A stretch of DNA of 24,206 nt from an uncultured Fimbriimonadales bacterium (lineage in GTDB: Bacteria > Armatimonadota > Fimbriimonadia > Fimbriimonadales > GBS-DC). Positions within the stretch are counted from its first letter, which is position 1, and each line of letters begins with the position of its first letter. The stretch is taken from positions 1 through 24,206 of the forward strand of contig CALAMM010000141.1 in assembly GCA_937925775.1 (NCBI GenBank). Reading direction: 5' to 3'. The translations under genes and the position numbers were made by a program. A model generated the notes under the pieces. That model ran no database searches, was not told the DNA's origin, and saw nothing but the letters and a program-made list of their open reading frames with translations. Shown here in pieces: positions 9,985-17,769 of this stretch.

Positions 9985-10722
9985 ATGCCGACCGTTGCAA
10001 TCACACTGGACTGCGAAGCAGCGGACTACCCGCGCTGCTACACGCAAGAGTATATCAAAGTGGCGGAAGAGTTCACCATCCCCTTTACATGGATGATCCA
10101 AGTCGCAGGCAAAGACCCGATGGCAAATGTACAACTGTACTACCGTGAATACCTGCACCGTATCCCCTCGTGGCACGAGTTCGGCTTGCATCTGCATTTT
10201 GAGGACTCGCAAGGACGCTATGTGGAAGACCCTCGCGAGCGCGGCGAGATGCTCCAGACGGGCAAGGATTTGCTCAAGCAGATCCATATCAAGCCGACGG
10301 CGTTCCGCGCAGGCAGCTACGCCCTGACCCCGCCCGACCTGAAGTATCTGGAAGATATGGGCTTCCTCGTGGATAGCAGCGCGATCCCCGACGCTGAGTA
10401 CCGCATGTTCGTGGACTGGGACGGCGCACCCACGAAACCGTACCATCCCTCATACCAAGATGTGCGCAAGCCGGGCGAGGCGAAAATCCTGATTGTGCCC
10501 GTTGCCACCGCAAACGGCAAAATCGGCTACATAGACCAAGGCTGGGAAGTCATCGAGCCAATCCTGCGCACCCACCTCGACCAGGGCACCCCTGTCATCT
10601 GCTTGGGCGGCTATGACTACCACGACAGCGTGGAGACCCTGCGCGAGGCGATTTTGTTCCTGAAAAAACACAATGCCCGCTTCGCAACGCTGACCCAGAT
10701 TGTGTCGGAGTATACGCTATGA
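9985..10722 (+). CDS. Polysaccharide deacetylase-like (NodB/CE4 fold) protein
   Basis: ITLDCE, HEFGLHLH (metal ligands), PTAFRAG, and F.VDSS. SD GGAGGAGGA precedes ATG 9985; the ORF-track start at 9841 overlaps rnc. Confidence 0.75.
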   Translation: MPTVAITLDCEAADYPRCYTQEYIKVAEEFTIPFTWMIQVAGKDPMANVQLYYREYLHRIPSWHEFGLHLHFEDSQGRYVEDPRERGEMLQTGKDLLKQIHIKPTAFRAGSYALTPPDLKYLEDMGFLVDSSAIPDAEYRMFVDWDGAPTKPYHPSYQDVRKPGEAKILIVPVATANGKIGYIDQGWEVIEPILRTHLDQGTPVICLGGYDYHDSVETLREAILFLKKHNARFATLTQIVSEYTL

Positions 10723-11858
10723 TCGATTCGCGCTGGCAGAAACTGGCAGACATTCTGGTGCATCACTCTGTGCGCGTGCAACCAGGGGAGCGCGTGCTGG
10801 TGGAATCGCTGGACGCGCCCCCTGAGTTCGTCGCGCTGCTGATGCGCACCATCCACGCGGCAGGCGGCGAGGCAATCCCCGAAGTGAAGCAAACCCCTAT
10901 CCTGCGCGCCCTCTACCAAAACGCGAGCGAGGCACAGATTCAGTTCATCGCAGCACTGGAAAAAGCGCAGATGGAAGGCGTGCAGGGCTACATCGGACTG
11001 CGCGGCGCACCCAACTTCGCCGAAATGTCCGATATCCCCCAGACACAAATGCAGCGCGTGCGCCAGCACTGGTGGAAACCCGTCCATCAGGAAGTGCGCG
11101 TGCCCCACACCAAATGGGTCGTGCTACGCTGGCCTACGCCCGGCATGGCGCAAGCCGCCAACATGAGCACCGAAGCCTTCGAAGACTTCTACTTCACCGT
11201 CTGCACCGTGGACTACGCGAAGATGCAGCGCGAGGTGCAGCCTCTCGTGGAATTCATGCAACGCACGCGCGAAGTGCGCATCATCGGACCAGGCACTGAT
11301 TTGCGCTTCTCAATCGAAGGCATCGGCGTCGTGCCTTGCTACGGCACGCACAACATCCCCGACGGCGAGTGCTTCACCTGCCCCGTACGCGACTCAGTAG
11401 AAGGCGAGATTACAATCAACACCAACAGCGTGTACGAGGGGAACCTGTATCGCAACATCCACTTCAAGCTGCGTCAGGGCAAGATTGTGGAGGCGACCTG
11501 CGCCGACGACGGCGACCGCCCCGGCGCGGGCAATCCTCGCAAACTGAACGCGATTCTCGACTCCGACGAGGGCGCACGCTACATCGGCGAATGGTCGCTC
11601 GGCTTCAACCCCCACATTCTGTATCCGATGAACGACACCCTGTTCGACGAGAAAATCGCAGGGTCGTTCCACTTCACGCCCGGCAACGCCTACGGCGAGG
11701 CGGACAACGGCAACCGCTCGCAGGTACACTGGGACCTGGTCGTGATTCAACGCCCCGAGTTCGGCGGCGGCGAGATCTACTTCGACGGACGGCTCATCCG
11801 CAAAGACGGTCTGTTCGTGATGGACGAGCTAAAATCGCTGAACTATGATACTATGTAG
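10719..11858 (+). CDS. Aminopeptidase, M29 family (AmpS/AmpT/PepS)
   Basis: D.RWQKLA.ILV.HSVRVQPGERVL, KWV.LRWPT..MAQ.A, NIPDGECFT, IGEWSLGFN, LFDEKIAGSFH, N.SQVHWD. ATGA overlap with the upstream gene. Confidence 0.93.
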   Translation: MIDSRWQKLADILVHHSVRVQPGERVLVESLDAPPEFVALLMRTIHAAGGEAIPEVKQTPILRALYQNASEAQIQFIAALEKAQMEGVQGYIGLRGAPNFAEMSDIPQTQMQRVRQHWWKPVHQEVRVPHTKWVVLRWPTPGMAQAANMSTEAFEDFYFTVCTVDYAKMQREVQPLVEFMQRTREVRIIGPGTDLRFSIEGIGVVPCYGTHNIPDGECFTCPVRDSVEGEITINTNSVYEGNLYRNIHFKLRQGKIVEATCADDGDRPGAGNPRKLNAILDSDEGARYIGEWSLGFNPHILYPMNDTLFDEKIAGSFHFTPGNAYGEADNGNRSQVHWDLVVIQRPEFGGGEIYFDGRLIRKDGLFVMDELKSLNYDTM

Positions 11859-11956
11859 TCGTAGTTTTAGATACCTCGCTGCGCTCGGAATGACAATCAC
11901 TGCTTCGAACAGAAATATTTGTCATTCCGAGCGGAGCGAGGTATCTAAAACTACGA
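11859..11956. repeat. REPIN-like element: 38-bp inverted repeat with a 22-nt spacer
   Basis: TCGTAGTTTTAGATACCTCGCTGCGCTCGGAATGACAA (11859-11896) and its reverse complement (11919-11956) differ by one mismatch. The core is shared with 15710-15737. Confidence 0.9.
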
Positions 11957-11969
11957 ACAGGAGGCTCTT

Positions 11970-12167
11970 ATGGCAATTCATGAAACGGAAGAGCGCAACG
12001 GCAAACTGCGCACGGTGATGAAACTGGAGCCGGGCGAGCGTGTCGCCCTGTGCCGCTGTATGCGTTCTAAAGAGTTCCCCTTCTGCGACGGTACGCACAA
12101 GCAGCTAGAAGGGAAAACGGGGCCAGTAATTATTGAGGCGCTGCAGCAGGCGGTAGAAGAAGAGTGA
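11970..12167 (+). CDS. CDGSH iron-sulfur domain protein
   Basis: ALCRCMRSKEFPFCDGTH matches the CxCxxSxxxPxCDG(S/T)H 2Fe-2S motif. SD AGGAGG at 11959-11964. Confidence 0.93.
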   Translation: MAIHETEERNGKLRTVMKLEPGERVALCRCMRSKEFPFCDGTHKQLEGKTGPVIIEALQQAVEEE

Positions 12168-12204
12168 GAGTATGGCAGTGGGAACGCGGTCGTACCCATC
12201 GAAT

Positions 12205-12654
12205 TCACTGCCCTGTGTGCCCGAACCCGCCGTCGCCGCGCGGGGTCGGGGGCAACTCGCTCGCCGGCTCCCACTCCACGCGCAACACGGGCGCAATCAC
12301 CATCTGCGCAATCCGCTCGCCGCGACGGATGGTGAACGGCTCCTGCCCCAGATTAATCAGAATCACCTGCACCTCGCCGCGATAATCGCTGTCGATGGTA
12401 CCAGGCGCGTTCACCATGCCGATGCCGTGTCGGATTGCCAGTCCGCTGCGGGGGCGCACCTGCGCCTCGTAGCCAGGCGGCAGGGCGATGCGGATGCCCG
12501 TGGGGATCAGCGTGCGCTCGCCTGGTTGTAAGGTGACTGGCTCGGAAACAGCGGCGTATAAGTCGACCCCTGCCGAGCCATCGGTCTGATAGCTCGGCAG
12601 GGGCAGATCGGTCGCATCGGGTTCCTGTGTAATCAACACGCGCAGGACGCTCAT
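12205..12654 (-). CDS. dut: dUTP diphosphatase (trimeric dUTPase)
   Basis: Motifs [27 protein letters not shown], and [14 protein letters not shown] overlap with the kinase stop. Confidence 0.98.
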   Translation of the reverse strand: MSVLRVLITQEPDATDLPLPSYQTDGSAGVDLYAAVSEPVTLQPGERTLIPTGIRIALPPGYEAQVRPRSGLAIRHGIGMVNAPGTIDSDYRGEVQVILINLGQEPFTIRRGERIAQMVIAPVLRVEWEPASELPPTPRGDGGFGHTGQ

Positions 12655-14378
12655 TTTTCGACCTGCTCTTTACCCTCTTTGACAGCGGGGGGCACTTTAG
12701 GCAGGCGCACATAGAAGGTGGAGCCGACGCCCACCTCGCTCTCGACCCAGATTTGCCCGCCGTGAATCGCCTCCACGAGGTGCTTCACGAGGTACAGCCC
12801 CAAGCCTGTGCCGTACTGCTTGCGCGTGTCGGTGTTGTCGACGCGATGGAACTTCTCGAACACCTTCGTCAGGTGCTCTTTCGGGATCCCCATCCCCTGG
12901 TCGGAGACATAGAAGATGATATGGTCGGCGTCTTCCTCCCAGGCTTTGACGCGGATCTCGCCGCCGTTGGGCGAGTACTTAATCGCGTTGCTGAGCAGGT
13001 TGGTCAGAATCTGATCCACCTTGTCCTCGTCGGCGATAATCTTGGGCAGGTCTTCCGGCACATCGTGAATAATCGTGTGTTTGGTAGTAGCCTGCCGCTG
13101 AATCATCACCACTTTCTTGGAGAGGTTGTAGAAGTCCACATGCTTGTAGACAGGCTTGAGCGACTCGCCCGCCTCGATACGCGCGATGTTCAGGAGGTCG
13201 TTAATCAGGCGCGTGAGGCGATCGGTCTCCTGATCGATGATAGAGTAGAACTCGCGCCGGTCTTCTGGGGTGAAGGCGTCTTCGGAGTCCATCAACAGCG
13301 TTGAGACAAAGCCCTTGATGGCGGTGAGCGGCGTGCGCAGCTCGTGCGAGACTGTCGCCACGAACGCCGATTTCATGCGCTCCAGGTTGCGGATGTCGGT
13401 GATGTCGTTGAAAATCATCACTGTACCCATCGGCTTCTGGTCTTCGCCGCGCACGATGGCGTTCTGCACCTGATAGATATGCTCTTTGCCATCGATTTGC
13501 ACCGTGATTTCGACCAGCTCACCCTCTTTCTCTTCTTCCAGGGCGGCGCGTATCATATTGCGGATGGTTTCGTTGTTGATAATCTCCGCGTAGTTTTTGC
13601 CCAGCACACTGGGACCCAGTCCGAACACGCGTCGTGCGGCGGCGTTCATCTGGTTGATGCGCCCGTTGTGATGTACCAGAATCAGCCCTGCGCGCAGGCT
13701 CTCGATGGTGTGGACGAGTTCCTCTTTCTCTTCGAGGATTGCCTGATAAAGGCGCATGCCTGCAATCACGGCGGCGGCGTTGCGCGCCATGCGTTCGAGC
13801 AGGCGTACATCCTCGTCGATGAAGTGCCCGCCGCGCTGCTTGTTGAACGCATGCAGCACACCGATGGTCTGGCGATCGATGACGCGGTTCTCCTCATCGC
13901 GCTTCTCTAAAATCAGCGGCACGCACACGAGGTTGCGAATGTGCAACATCGCGACATGCTCTTTGCTGGTGCGCGGGTCGGTGATGGCATCATGCACGAT
14001 AATCGGTTTGCCCTCCCGGAACACCTCGCCCGAGACGCCATGCGTAGCGCGCACGCGCAGCAGGCGGATTTCGTCTTCGGTCAGTCCGTAGGCGGGCGGA
14101 TAGGCGCGCAACTCGCCCTCTTCAGGGTCGTGCAACATAAACACCACCTTTTCCGCCTGTAAAATCGCGCCGATTTGCTTCACGAGGCGTTTGAGCGTCG
14201 CCTCGTAGTTGGCAGGACTGGCGACATCGGCGGCGACCACCTCAGGCGTTTTGGCTGCGGCGGCGCCGTTGCGCGGCTGGCTCTCCAGCTCCTGAACCCG
14301 CTGGACGGCGCGCTCGTACTCCGTTTTTACCTGGTTATACTGCTTCAGCAGCTCACGATAGGCTTGCTCCCAGTTCAT
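12651..14378 (-). CDS. Cytoplasmic sensor histidine kinase (coiled coil-GAF-PAS-HisKA-HATPase)
   Basis: GAF-like segment ([17 protein letters not shown]...NLVCVPL...IGVL.AFNK), PAS-like segment, H-box [11 protein letters not shown]-box [11 protein letters not shown]1 DQGMGI, G2 GTGLGL. No transmembrane stretch seen. SD GAGGAG upstream. Confidence 0.93.
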   Translation of the reverse strand: MNWEQAYRELLKQYNQVKTEYERAVQRVQELESQPRNGAAAAKTPEVVAADVASPANYEATLKRLVKQIGAILQAEKVVFMLHDPEEGELRAYPPAYGLTEDEIRLLRVRATHGVSGEVFREGKPIIVHDAITDPRTSKEHVAMLHIRNLVCVPLILEKRDEENRVIDRQTIGVLHAFNKQRGGHFIDEDVRLLERMARNAAAVIAGMRLYQAILEEKEELVHTIESLRAGLILVHHNGRINQMNAAARRVFGLGPSVLGKNYAEIINNETIRNMIRAALEEEKEGELVEITVQIDGKEHIYQVQNAIVRGEDQKPMGTVMIFNDITDIRNLERMKSAFVATVSHELRTPLTAIKGFVSTLLMDSEDAFTPEDRREFYSIIDQETDRLTRLINDLLNIARIEAGESLKPVYKHVDFYNLSKKVVMIQRQATTKHTIIHDVPEDLPKIIADEDKVDQILTNLLSNAIKYSPNGGEIRVKAWEEDADHIIFYVSDQGMGIPKEHLTKVFEKFHRVDNTDTRKQYGTGLGLYLVKHLVEAIHGGQIWVESEVGVGSTFYVRLPKVPPAVKEGKEQVEK

Positions 14379-14412
14379 GGTTCGCTCCTCGCTAAGAGTG
14401 TAAATGATAGCC

Positions 14413-14438
14413 TGTGCTATATGGCAAATTATAGCACA
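14413..14438. promoter_or_regulatory. Kinase-gene extended -10 overlapped by a 9-8-9 palindrome (candidate operator)
   Basis: Minus strand TGC-TATAAT at 14436-14428. Palindrome TGTGCTATA (14413-14421)-N8-TATAGCACA (14430-14438). Confidence 0.6.
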
Positions 14439-14453
14439 TCGAAGGTTCCCGCG

Positions 14454-14819
14454 CTATCGAGCAATTCGCTCCGGATTTAGACGGCGTTTGGGGCGAGTTG
14501 TATTGCAGTGCGCCCCGATGAGTAATTTCGACGCGCCTATCGTTCTCCATAGGCGAAGTATCACATACGACTGTCGTTGCGCCCTCAGATCCGCAATCGC
14601 CTGCAAATCCTGCTCCAAATCTGCCTCATCGTAGTGGATAGGAATATCGCGCTCGCGCAAGCGTCGCTGGAACTCGAGACGGTCAACTCCCGACCACTCG
14701 ATTGCTTGTTCCAGCGATAGCCGTTGCTGCTGGTACAGCCAGATGGCTAACTCGACTCGGAATTCCGCCTCATCGAGCTGCGCAGCGCGTAGCATTTCGT
14801 CGCTAATCACGACGCTCAT
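14454..14819 (-). CDS. UPF0175 family antitoxin-like protein with a read-through C-terminal extension (ancestral end probably 14574)
   Basis: ELAIWLYQQQRLSLEQAIEWSGVDRLEFQRRLRERDIPIHYDEADLEQDL is the typical UPF0175 pattern, normally about 80 aa. SD GGGAGGT lies within the SPFH tail, with an ATGA overlap. Confidence 0.85.
   Translation of the reverse strand: MSVVISDEMLRAAQLDEAEFRVELAIWLYQQQRLSLEQAIEWSGVDRLEFQRRLRERDIPIHYDEADLEQDLQAIADLRAQRQSYVILRLWRTIGASKLLIGAHCNTTRPKRRLNPERIAR
14467..14514. repeat. 48-bp direct repeat, copy 1 (non-genic copy of the SPFH 3' end)
   Basis: CGCTCCGGATTTAGACGGCGTTTGGGGCGAGTTGTATTGCAGTGCGCC is 45/48 identical to 14834-14881. Confidence 0.92.
14551..14577 (-). 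pseudogene. N-terminal stub of a DUF3368-type PIN toxin
   Basis: ACG ACA GTC GTA TGT GAT ACT TCG CCT reads (M)TVVCDTSP, matching the MxVVxD/NTSP start of DUF3368/PIN proteins that normally follow UPF0175. The start codon has become ACG and the homology stops after 9 codons. Confidence 0.7.
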
Positions 14820-15637
14820 TCTATACCTCCCGACGCTCTGGATTTAGACGGCGTTTGGGGCGGGTTGTATTGTAGTGCGCCGTCCATCAGCGGGCGAATC
14901 AGGTCCATCGGGATCGGGAACACCACCGTTGTATTGCGCTCGCCCGTGATCTCCGCCAGCGTCTGCAGGTAGCGCAGTTGCAGCGCAGCGGGTTGCTGGG
15001 CAATCATCTGCGCGGCTTGCACCAGCTTCTCGGCGGCTTGGTACTCACCCTCGGCGGCGATGATTTTGGCGCGCCGCTCGCGCTCGCTCTCCGCCTGACG
15101 CGCCAGCGCACGCTTCATCTCTTCGGGCAAAATCACATCGCGCACCTCCACATTCGTCACCTTCACGCCGAACGCTTCGGTCTGCTCGTCGATAATCGAC
15201 TGCAGCTGCTGATTAATCTTCTCGCGCCGCGCCAGCAGGTCGTCCAGCTCCGCCTGACCAATCACGCTGCGCAGGGTGGTCTGAGCAATCAGGCTGGCGG
15301 TCTGGATGTAGTCCGTAATCTGCACGACAGCGTCGCGCGGATCCATCACCTTGAACAGCACCACCGCGTCCACGCTTACTGACACATTATCGCTGGTAAT
15401 CGCCTCCTGACGGGGCACGTTCATAGTTACAATGCGCGTGTCCACGATGCGCGCCGTGTCGATAATCGGGATTAGGAAGATGATTCCAGGTCCTTTTACT
15501 GCCTGAAACCGTCCGAGTCGCAGCACGACGGCGCGCTCCCATTCGGGCAACACGCGCAGCGCAGCCCGCAAGACCACAATCACGAACAGAATAACCGCAA
15601 TAGCCGTTGTAGAAAACGGATTGTCAAAAAAGTTCAT
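14816..15637 (-). CDS. SPFH/band 7 (stomatin-like) membrane protein
   Basis: N-terminal TM helix, VLPEWERAVVLRLGRF, GPGIIFLIPIID, ITSDNVSV.VDAV, TLRSVIG, LL..REKIN, VKV..VEVRDV.LP, QAE.ERERRAK, and ALQLRYLQTL. SD GAGGGAG upstream. Confidence 0.95.
   Translation of the reverse strand: MNFFDNPFSTTAIAVILFVIVVLRAALRVLPEWERAVVLRLGRFQAVKGPGIIFLIPIIDTARIVDTRIVTMNVPRQEAITSDNVSVSVDAVVLFKVMDPRDAVVQITDYIQTASLIAQTTLRSVIGQAELDDLLARREKINQQLQSIIDEQTEAFGVKVTNVEVRDVILPEEMKRALARQAESERERRAKIIAAEGEYQAAEKLVQAAQMIAQQPAALQLRYLQTLAEITGERNTTVVFPIPMDLIRPLMDGALQYNPPQTPSKSRASGGIE
14834..14881. repeat. 48-bp direct repeat, copy 2 (within the SPFH 3' end, encoding GALQYNPPQTPSKSRA)
   Basis: CGCTCTGGATTTAGACGGCGTTTGGGGCGGGTTGTATTGTAGTGCGCC, 367 bp from copy 1. 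Confidence 0.92.
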
Positions 15638-15658
15638 CGTCCATCTCCCTCAGTCTAT

Positions 15659-15667
15659 AGTGTACCC
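15659..15667 (-). promoter_or_regulatory. Candidate -10 box of the SPFH gene
   Basis: GGG-TACACT, 21 nt upstream of the ATG. The same 9-mer occurs at 17935-17943. Confidence 0.5.
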
Positions 15668-15708
15668 GTTTGGGAGTAAGTCCTCCAAATGTGAAGATGT
15701 ACCGCGAT

Positions 15709-15790
15709 GAGATTCCTCGCTGCGCTCGGAATGACAAACTATTCCGCGCCCCAATACCCCTGTCATTCCAAGCCGCAGGCGAGGAATCTC
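15709..15790. repeat. REPIN-like element, second copy of the TGTCATTCC family
   Basis: GAGATTCCTCGCTGCGCTCGGAATGACA (15709-15736), then a 24-nt spacer, then TGTCATTCCAAGCCGCAGGCGAGGAATCTC (15761-15790). The left arm is 27/28 identical to 11869-11896. Confidence 0.85.
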
Positions 15791-15792
15791 CC

Positions 15793-17079
15793 TCAACGCC
15801 CCTGAAGCCACCGCTGTACCTGCTCCACGCACCGTTGCGACGCGCCCTGATGCTTTTTGATTAGTTCTGAGGCTTGCTGGGCGATTTGCTCGCGCAGTTT
15901 GGGGTCGTGCAGCAGGCGCAGGACGCCCTCAGCAAGTTCGGCGGCGGTTTGCACCTCGAACCCCACGCCCGCCGCTTTCGCCAGCTGCGCAATATCGCGG
16001 AAGTTGTGCGTGTGCGGTCCGAAAAACACGGGCTTGCCGTGCGCAAGGGGCTGGAACAGGTTCTGCCCGCCCAGCGGCGCGAACGCCCCGCCCACGATAG
16101 TCACATCCGCTACAGAATACAGGCTTGCCAGCTCGCCGAAGGTGTCCAAAATTACCACCTGCGCGTGCTGACCACTGGGCAGGGGCAGTTGGCTGCGCCG
16201 ATAGGTGCGCCACCCGCGCGCCTGCAGCAGTCGCTCTACCTCGTCCACGCGCTCCAGATGGCGCGGGGCAAGCACAAGACAGGTTTCAGGTAGCGAATGC
16301 AACACCTGCTGATAGGCGTCGGCGATGAGTTGCTCCTCCTCAGGGGCGCGTGTGCTGCCCACCACAATCACTGGCGCGCCCTCTGGCAGCGATAGTTCAC
16401 GCCGCCACTCGTCCGCGCTGCGCCCTAACGCGCCTAACGCCTGATCGAACTTCGTGTTGCCGCACACATCCACCCGCGATGGGGACGCCCCCAACGCAAT
16501 AAACCGCGCGGCGTCGTTGGGCGACTGCGCGCAGATGAAATCCACGCAGCGCAACATGTGGTGATAAATCGGACGCGACTTGGGCGCGCGTTCCGCCGTG
16601 CGGTCGCTAATCCGCCCGTTCAGCACCAGCACGCGCCCCCTGCGACGCCTCTGCTCGGTTAGCAAGTTCAGCCACAGCTCGGTCTCAAACAGAATCAGCA
16701 TGCGCGGCTGCACACGCCTCAACACGCGCCGCACCGCGAAAGGCAAATCGAGCGGGAAGTAGATGAAGTAATCCACGAAGTCGCGCAGCGAGCTTTGCGC
16801 GGTTTGCTGTCCTGTGGGCGTGGTGGTGCTGAACACGATTTCGTAGTCGGGCAGCGTTTGGCGCAGCAGCTTCACGACGGGCTGGGCGGCGAGCGTCTCG
16901 CCCACCGACACGCAGTGTATCCAGAGGCGCGGCCTGTCTTTTGGCGGCGGCACGGGCACAAAGCCGAACCGCTCCTGCCAGCGGTCGCGCCACGAGCCGC
17001 CCAGTATACGCGCCGCCACATATACCAGCCACAGCGGCGCAGTGAACAGCAAGAAGAGGTTGTAGGCGAGGCGCGTCAC
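15793..17079 (-). CDS. waaA: 3-deoxy-D-manno-octulosonic acid (Kdo) transferase
   Basis: N-terminal TM, LWIHCVSVGE, STTTPTG, PLDLP, ETELWLN, NGRISDR, QS..DA.RF..LG, GNTKFD, APRHLER, DTFGEL..LY, and GG.N. GTGA overlap with the upstream gene. Confidence 0.92.
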   Translation of the reverse strand: MTRLAYNLFLLFTAPLWLVYVAARILGGSWRDRWQERFGFVPVPPPKDRPRLWIHCVSVGETLAAQPVVKLLRQTLPDYEIVFSTTTPTGQQTAQSSLRDFVDYFIYFPLDLPFAVRRVLRRVQPRMLILFETELWLNLLTEQRRRRGRVLVLNGRISDRTAERAPKSRPIYHHMLRCVDFICAQSPNDAARFIALGASPSRVDVCGNTKFDQALGALGRSADEWRRELSLPEGAPVIVVGSTRAPEEEQLIADAYQQVLHSLPETCLVLAPRHLERVDEVERLLQARGWRTYRRSQLPLPSGQHAQVVILDTFGELASLYSVADVTIVGGAFAPLGGQNLFQPLAHGKPVFFGPHTHNFRDIAQLAKAAGVGFEVQTAAELAEGVLRLLHDPKLREQIAQQASELIKKHQGASQRCVEQVQRWLQGR

Positions 17080-17753
17080 GGTTTCGCCCCCCGCGCAATT
17101 GCTTCCGCCCGCGCTTCCAGTTCATTAATCGTATGCTCCAGTTGCTCGGCGAGGCGGGCGAAGTCGTCTTTATCGGCGTCTTCTGGAACCCACACGGGCT
17201 GCCCAATCAGGAACGCCGCGCGTGCAAAGGGCAGAGGGATCATGTACTTGTCCCAGGTGGGCAGCAGGATGCGCGGATACGCGCCGATGCCCGCTGGATA
17301 GATGGGCGCGCCGGCTTTTTGCGCAATCAGCAGCGCGCCGGGCTGGAACTTGCCGCTGGGACCGCGCGGTCCGTCGGGCGTGAAGGCTAACACCGCGCCT
17401 TTTTTCACCTCGCGTGCCGCCTCCAACGCCGCCCGCACCCCGCCCCGACTGGTGGAGCCGCGCAGCGTGCGAAAGCCGAAGCGCGTGAAAATCTCGTTCT
17501 GGATGTCGCCGTCGCGCGAGAGCGAAATCATCGCCAGCACGCCGCGCCCCTTCATAAAGTTCGCGGGAATCAGCGTGCGCCCGTGCCAGGAGACCATCAC
17601 CGCGCCCGTGCCCTCGCGCAGATGCTGTTCAATCGGCTCCCAGCCCTCCACATAGAGCCGTACGGTGCGCCCCAGCCCGCGCGCCAGCGCGTAGCCCAAC
17701 TTGCCCAACCGCTTCGCTCGGCGAAGATCCCGCTCCGAACGCTCCACAACCAC
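17076..17753 (-). CDS. DUF374 / lysophospholipid acyltransferase-family protein
   Basis: SWHGR, MISLSRDGDIQ, RGSTSRGG, TPDGPRGP, and LPTWDKYMIPLPFAR. Start moved to GTG 17753, 7 nt after TATAAT. Confidence 0.88.
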   Translation of the reverse strand: MVVERSERDLRRAKRLGKLGYALARGLGRTVRLYVEGWEPIEQHLREGTGAVMVSWHGRTLIPANFMKGRGVLAMISLSRDGDIQNEIFTRFGFRTLRGSTSRGGVRAALEAAREVKKGAVLAFTPDGPRGPSGKFQPGALLIAQKAGAPIYPAGIGAYPRILLPTWDKYMIPLPFARAAFLIGQPVWVPEDADKDDFARLAEQLEHTINELEARAEAIARGAKP

Positions 17754-17760
17754 AAGAGGG

Positions 17761-17769
17761 ATTATACCG
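17761..17769 (-). promoter_or_regulatory. -10 box of the DUF374-waaA operon (probable leaderless transcript)
   Basis: CGG-TATAAT, then 7 nt, then GTG. There is no SD. Confidence 0.65.

Noticed and set aside
14413-14438. CIRCE (HrcA) operator
   Set aside because: CIRCE is TTAGCACTC-N9-GAGTGCTAA. Here the half-sites are in the opposite order with an 8-nt spacer.
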